From NCBI RefSeq assembly GCF_009914755.1, contig NC_060942.1: a stretch of DNA of 64,000 nt; one strand, given 5' to 3'. Numbering within the stretch: position 1 is the stretch's first letter; the number at the start of each line of letters is the position of its first letter. Position numbers and translations under genes: made by a program. This document shows, piece after piece, positions 59,179 to 64,000 of this stretch. Source of the stretch: the human T2T-CHM13v2.0 reference genome, Homo sapiens. A model generated the notes under the pieces. That model was not told the DNA's origin. It ran no database searches and was given only the letters and a program-made list of their open reading frames with translations.

Positions 59179-61887
59179 AAGGAAAAACTTTCGGAAAATG
59201 TCTATGTAAGTCATCTAAAACCATAACCACTTTCTTCCATGATCTCCCTATTTTGTGAGGAAGGTGAAGTTGACTGACACTGACCCTGACTTTGCCTCAG
59301 TGAGGCTCACAAAAGACATGTTTAGAAGGGCTTATCTGTGGGAAACAAATGGAACACATATTTGCAAACCATCTGTTGCAAATTCCCTGGCTTAAATTAT
59401 TTGGTCTATCATATTTTATAAATACGTTAGGAATAAAAATCATCTTTAAGATCTGAAAAATAGGTTAAACTGACCAACAAAGACTGCTTAATTAGATATT
59501 TCTATTGGAAATAATAAAAAAGCCAAGGATCTCTCTTCCAGTCTCCATTTCCTGCCCCAACTCTGGCTGGTTCCTCTGTTGGTCCCTGCAGACAACTATT
59601 ACATCAAGATAACTCCTTGGTTATTTGTTAACCATGGGGCCAAGTTTGTTAAGACAAAACATACCACCGTTATGACAAAAGCTGGAGCAATATAGGTATT
59701 AACGAGATGTTATTTGGTGCCACATTTGAGAAAGAATAAAAGATGATGACCACATTTTGATCAGTCATTATTGTTTCAGGGTCTTGAAAGCTTCAGTTAG
59801 TGACATTTTTAAAAAGAGTGAAAATCATTTATTCAATGTATTTTCTTCTAAACAATATGTATGCACATATATAGACAACTTGATTTATTGATTAAACACC
59901 TATGATTAGATTTATGAGGTACAGCACAGGGATCGTTGTCATGACACCAAAGTGAATGTCAGAGGAAATGAATAGGGCCCCAACACGGACAAAGTCTAAG
60001 TAAACTTATCAGTTCATATATTTAACACAAATTTTTTAATGATAAAGTTATAGCAGACCTTATGCAATTTTCATAAGTAAGAAACCAGAAGCAGAAGTAT
60101 TCTTCTCCAGTCTCTGGTAAGAAGAAAGGATGCTTATTGCCTCTAAATCTAGGACATTTTAAACCTGGATAGAACTTTTAAAATTCATCTGACAAGTAGG
60201 GAATTTGACCTTAAAGTATCAGGTGATCGATTAATAAAAGATTTTAAAAATCAGTAAAACTGGTTAATGTATCAAATCAATTGAAAAGATTGATCTATAA
60301 TTTCCAAAATGGCTTATCCATCTCACCATGTGCTCAGTCTTCTAATCTTCAACTGCATCTAAATAAGGGCGCAACAACCTAGAATGTACTAATTGAACTG
60401 ATTGGACAATCTGAAATATACATCTGTATGTGCATGGCATTTCATCTCCCCAAATAGAAGAGTGCCAGATAAAGTAAAATACTTTATTTTTCAGTCTGTA
60501 AATTAAAAAAAAAATCACTCCATGTTTATGTTTCTGAGATTTAATGGACATGTATAAAAAATAAACCAAAGGTGTTCATTTCCAACACAGTTGATATTAT
60601 TGATTTGCTGATAGTCCAGAGGCATTATTTTCATTGTGCAAAATAAGCATAAAACTACTACAAGCAATTAATTGCTGGCTTTTCGTATCATGCTTTGCAA
60701 TGGCCTATCAGCCTTTTATTAATATTAATGAGGAGAATTAGCATGGAAGATCAGGGAGCCACGATAGTGCTGAGAACCTGTGAGGACCCTACGGCTCTCA
60801 TGCTTTATTATTTTTTAATCAAAGTAGCTGACTTGAAGGCACAAAATTAAAGAACTGAGTCTTTTATGATTCCACAATGATTCAAATTAAAATGATCTAC
60901 ACTTGCATAATTCCCGTGAACCATTTTGTGCTTGTTAAAAATAGTTAAAAATTGCATAAATTCATGATTTAAGGTCTGTAGTTTTCTTTTCCTAATGAAC
61001 AGTCCACTTTATGTGTTTCTCCCAACTCACACATGTGGACCTAAAGCAAAAGAGGGTGGGCAGAGGACAAGCAAGAGAGAATTTAAGTTTATGATTTACA
61101 TTGACTAAAAAGAAATGCTAGTGTGTTGCTATTTCCAGGCTCACTGGAAATCCTTGGCATTATGTACAGCTTCACTGAATGTCCTTGGAAAAGCCTGTGT
61201 AGAAGCAGCATGCTGGCAAGGCCCATTTTTCAGATAGAAATACAGAAGCTATAAAATTGTAGGCAATAGTTGCCAATTGTTCTATGAAGAAACTTAGGGT
61301 TCCATGGGGGGGTGCTTGAGCATGCCCATGGAGATGGTCCTTTTCTTTTCAACAATCAAAAATTAATGTCTCTAGGGAATTTATATATTTTTTTCAATAT
61401 TGAGGTCCCTATTGCAATTTTATGTGAAAATTATCATGCTATACAAAGGTTTTAAAATGACTAATGTTTGTTAGATAAGTAGGTAACCAGAAACCTAAAC
61501 AAAAAACATTGGTTTTTCTGAATATCATCATAGCAATATGGATATGGAGACAGAAACAGTATAAAATACATTAGAAATTTATTTGGAAATGATGTAGGCA
61601 CAATCTCAATTACAGAGATACAGAATTATGTAAATATTCATAAGCAAAGCCTCTATTATATAAAAGCTACACAAACAAATAATTAACAAATCTTTATGGA
61701 GATAGATTTCTCATATTGGTAAAATGGTGGAAGTTGATTTTGTTTGTAGCCAATAAATAAGATTTCTTATATGTTCAAGGAAGGCAAGAAGACCTGCATT
61801 AGATAAAGGAGAGCTCCAGGACATAAAATGTGTTGGAAGTATTGAGAGATGAGTGTGAATCTTAATTTGAAAACATAGAGCTTCCTG

Positions 61888-62070
61888 AGAGGTATTTCTC
61901 CAAGTGTGGTCTGGGACCACCATTATCAATATCAACCAAAGGGTTTATTTAAACAAAGAATAAAACAAAACAACAAAACATGTTTTTGGACACCCACTTC
62001 AGATCTCTGAACTAGAATCTCTAAAAGTGTGGCCTTTGCATTTTTAACAAGTTTCTAAAATAATTCTTAG
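61888..62070. mobile_element. MER5-like hAT MITE
   Basis: 'tttctccaagtgtggtctgggacc..ctgaactagaatctct..tgcatttttaacaagtt'. Confidence 0.7.
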
Positions 62071-62304
62071 ATGAGAGGTGACGGTGAGAGTGTTGGCTTT
62101 TTATTTAAGTAATAGTGGTTTCTTTTTTTTCTTTTTTAATGCACACATAAAAGAAATTCTTATCTATACGTAAATAGAAGAAAACTGGAATGGCTCTCCT
62201 AAAAGCCGCAGGTAAATGGGATTTATCACCACAATCTTGGCCTCCTCCTCTATCAGTTGTACCTCAAAGCCCTGATACACTTCCTAGGGTCCTAATCATT
62301 TTTC

Positions 62305-62374
62305 ACCTCAAGAATTTTCTCCCTTCTCTTCCCTGAAACCTCAAGAATTTTCTCCCTTCTCTTCCCTGAAACCT
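62305..62374. repeat. Perfect 33-bp tandem duplication
   Basis: (acctcaagaattttctcccttctcttccctgaa)x2 followed by acct. Confidence 0.97.
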
Positions 62375-64000
62375 GTCCAGACTTCTTAACTCTGCAGTGA
62401 TGGGTCATAGGGGATATCGTTACAATGTCTGATTTACCTTGACTTGGTTTTAATTATTTTAATCATACCATTACTTGCACTGACATTGTGGATGCCACTC
62501 AAAACATTCTTGAGTGAAAGCTCCGTATATGGACACTATACTGGGAAAGATGTTGGTGTCATCTAAGACACACAGTTCATTTGTAGGACAGTTCCAAGGA
62601 TGACCTTTCTTTCCACCGGAGGGAGGGGGCCTTCTCTGCCTTCTGTCAAAATTGCATTTGCTTTTCTAGAAGCTCATTTTTCTTGGTGAGCTCTACACAA
62701 AATAGAACAATTATATTTTTGCATTTTACATTTATATAAGAAAAGTAAAGAACATGTATGATATCCTATTTGAAGAGAACGAGGTTTGCAGTTAATTTAA
62801 CCCCACTGGAAAAATCCCTTGCCCTTAACTTGAGTCCTTGCCTGATTCTTCTTCATCCAACAGATTTCAGAAATGTGTTCTATTTTTTCTTGTTCCAAAT
62901 GCCAGCACAAGCTTTCTGGTTTAGATTGTTCTTCAATGGTTGATTGGGAAGTGAGATGCAATTTCTAATTCTTCAGTGTCTTGTCCACTGAAATTATAAA
63001 AGAAATGTAAAGCAAACAAACAAAAATAAGATTTTTCACTATTAACCAGAAAAATGTTTGCAAGTGGATGTAAATAAGTTTATGTGCATTTTAGTGAACG
63101 GTGTCTAGACCAAGAGCAGTTATTGGGAATGCAATGTGGATATCAAACTGCCAAGAGTTAGCTCCATGAATATAAAAAGTCTTTGGATGTGTAAAAGTCT
63201 TAGCACAGCACCTAATACATAATATATGCTCTTTATTATTATTATTACTACCCGTTTTACTATATTAGGCTCTTTCAGAAGTGACTTCTACCTTCCAAAT
63301 TAACTGATGCTTCTCATTCCCCATCAAACTGTGGACTAATGCTCACACAATGGCTGAGGCCAGTGGGTTTCTCTCTAAACCATCTGCTTTTCTGCTTCTA
63401 CCAGGTGAATTTTACACTTACCAAAATTAAATTGGGCTGGATCCCAAAAGTGTTTATGGCAGCATTAATTTAATTAAATGTTATGTAATTTGTGTTTGAA
63501 AATAATCTCTGAGCAGGATCTTTAGAAGAATTGGATCAAATTTAGATAATAAAAAAATATGGAATTGGCAGAAACATCCCTAAAAGCTTTAAAAAATTAT
63601 AAATATATGATTATATATATTTAAAATAGATTTCCAGCTATAATTGTCTTTCACAATTAGCTGACAAAGAATCATAGTGAGAGGACTTCCACACTATTAT
63701 TATCATTATGAGGACACTGAAAACACCTGAACTCACATCACAAGGGATGTGGGAACTGGATGAAATGGAGGCTAGAAACAAATGCAGCCTGCTTCAGAGT
63801 CGTGTGCAGGACCCACGTGGAGACTGAAAAATCCCTGCTCAGAAAAAACTGATTTTGACTATTCTCAGAATATTACTATTGTTTACTTATACTACATAGA
63901 TACTTTACTCATGGTTCACTACCCTAAGAAACATTTACATTATAGAAATGTAAGATTTTAAAAAATAGATTTCTTGTTAAACACTTTTTTCGCAACCAAG

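Overview
AT-rich, CpG-depleted primate (human-like) non-coding DNA, intergenic or deep intronic. I see no protein-coding exon, tRNA/rRNA/snRNA gene, CpG island or CRISPR array. The ORFs in the track are L1 ORF2 remnants, Alu-derived frames or chance frames. The window contains many interspersed repeats (L1PA/L1M, L2, MIR, Alu, MLT1/MLT2/MER31 LTRs, Tigger3, MER1B, MER5, MADE1) and microsatellites. Repeat family names come from my recall of consensus sequences, so subfamily labels and the boundaries of old elements are approximate. I found no new gene system. The most unusual signal is a set of rearrangement scars in which local sequence appears to have been copied in inverted orientation: a 35-bp fold-back at an L1 5' end (4465-4541), an inverted copy of the adjacent Tigger3 inside a MER31A LTR (46629-46772), and a 76-bp inverted repeat whose second copy sits at an L2/half-Alu junction (53320-53395 vs 54393-54468). 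Also notable are a tail-less, TSD-less L1 fragment (1625-2559) and an apparently chimeric L1 (3437-4510). A few repeat-free stretches carry TALE/HOX-type motifs or splice-site pairs and are weak enhancer or lncRNA-exon candidates.
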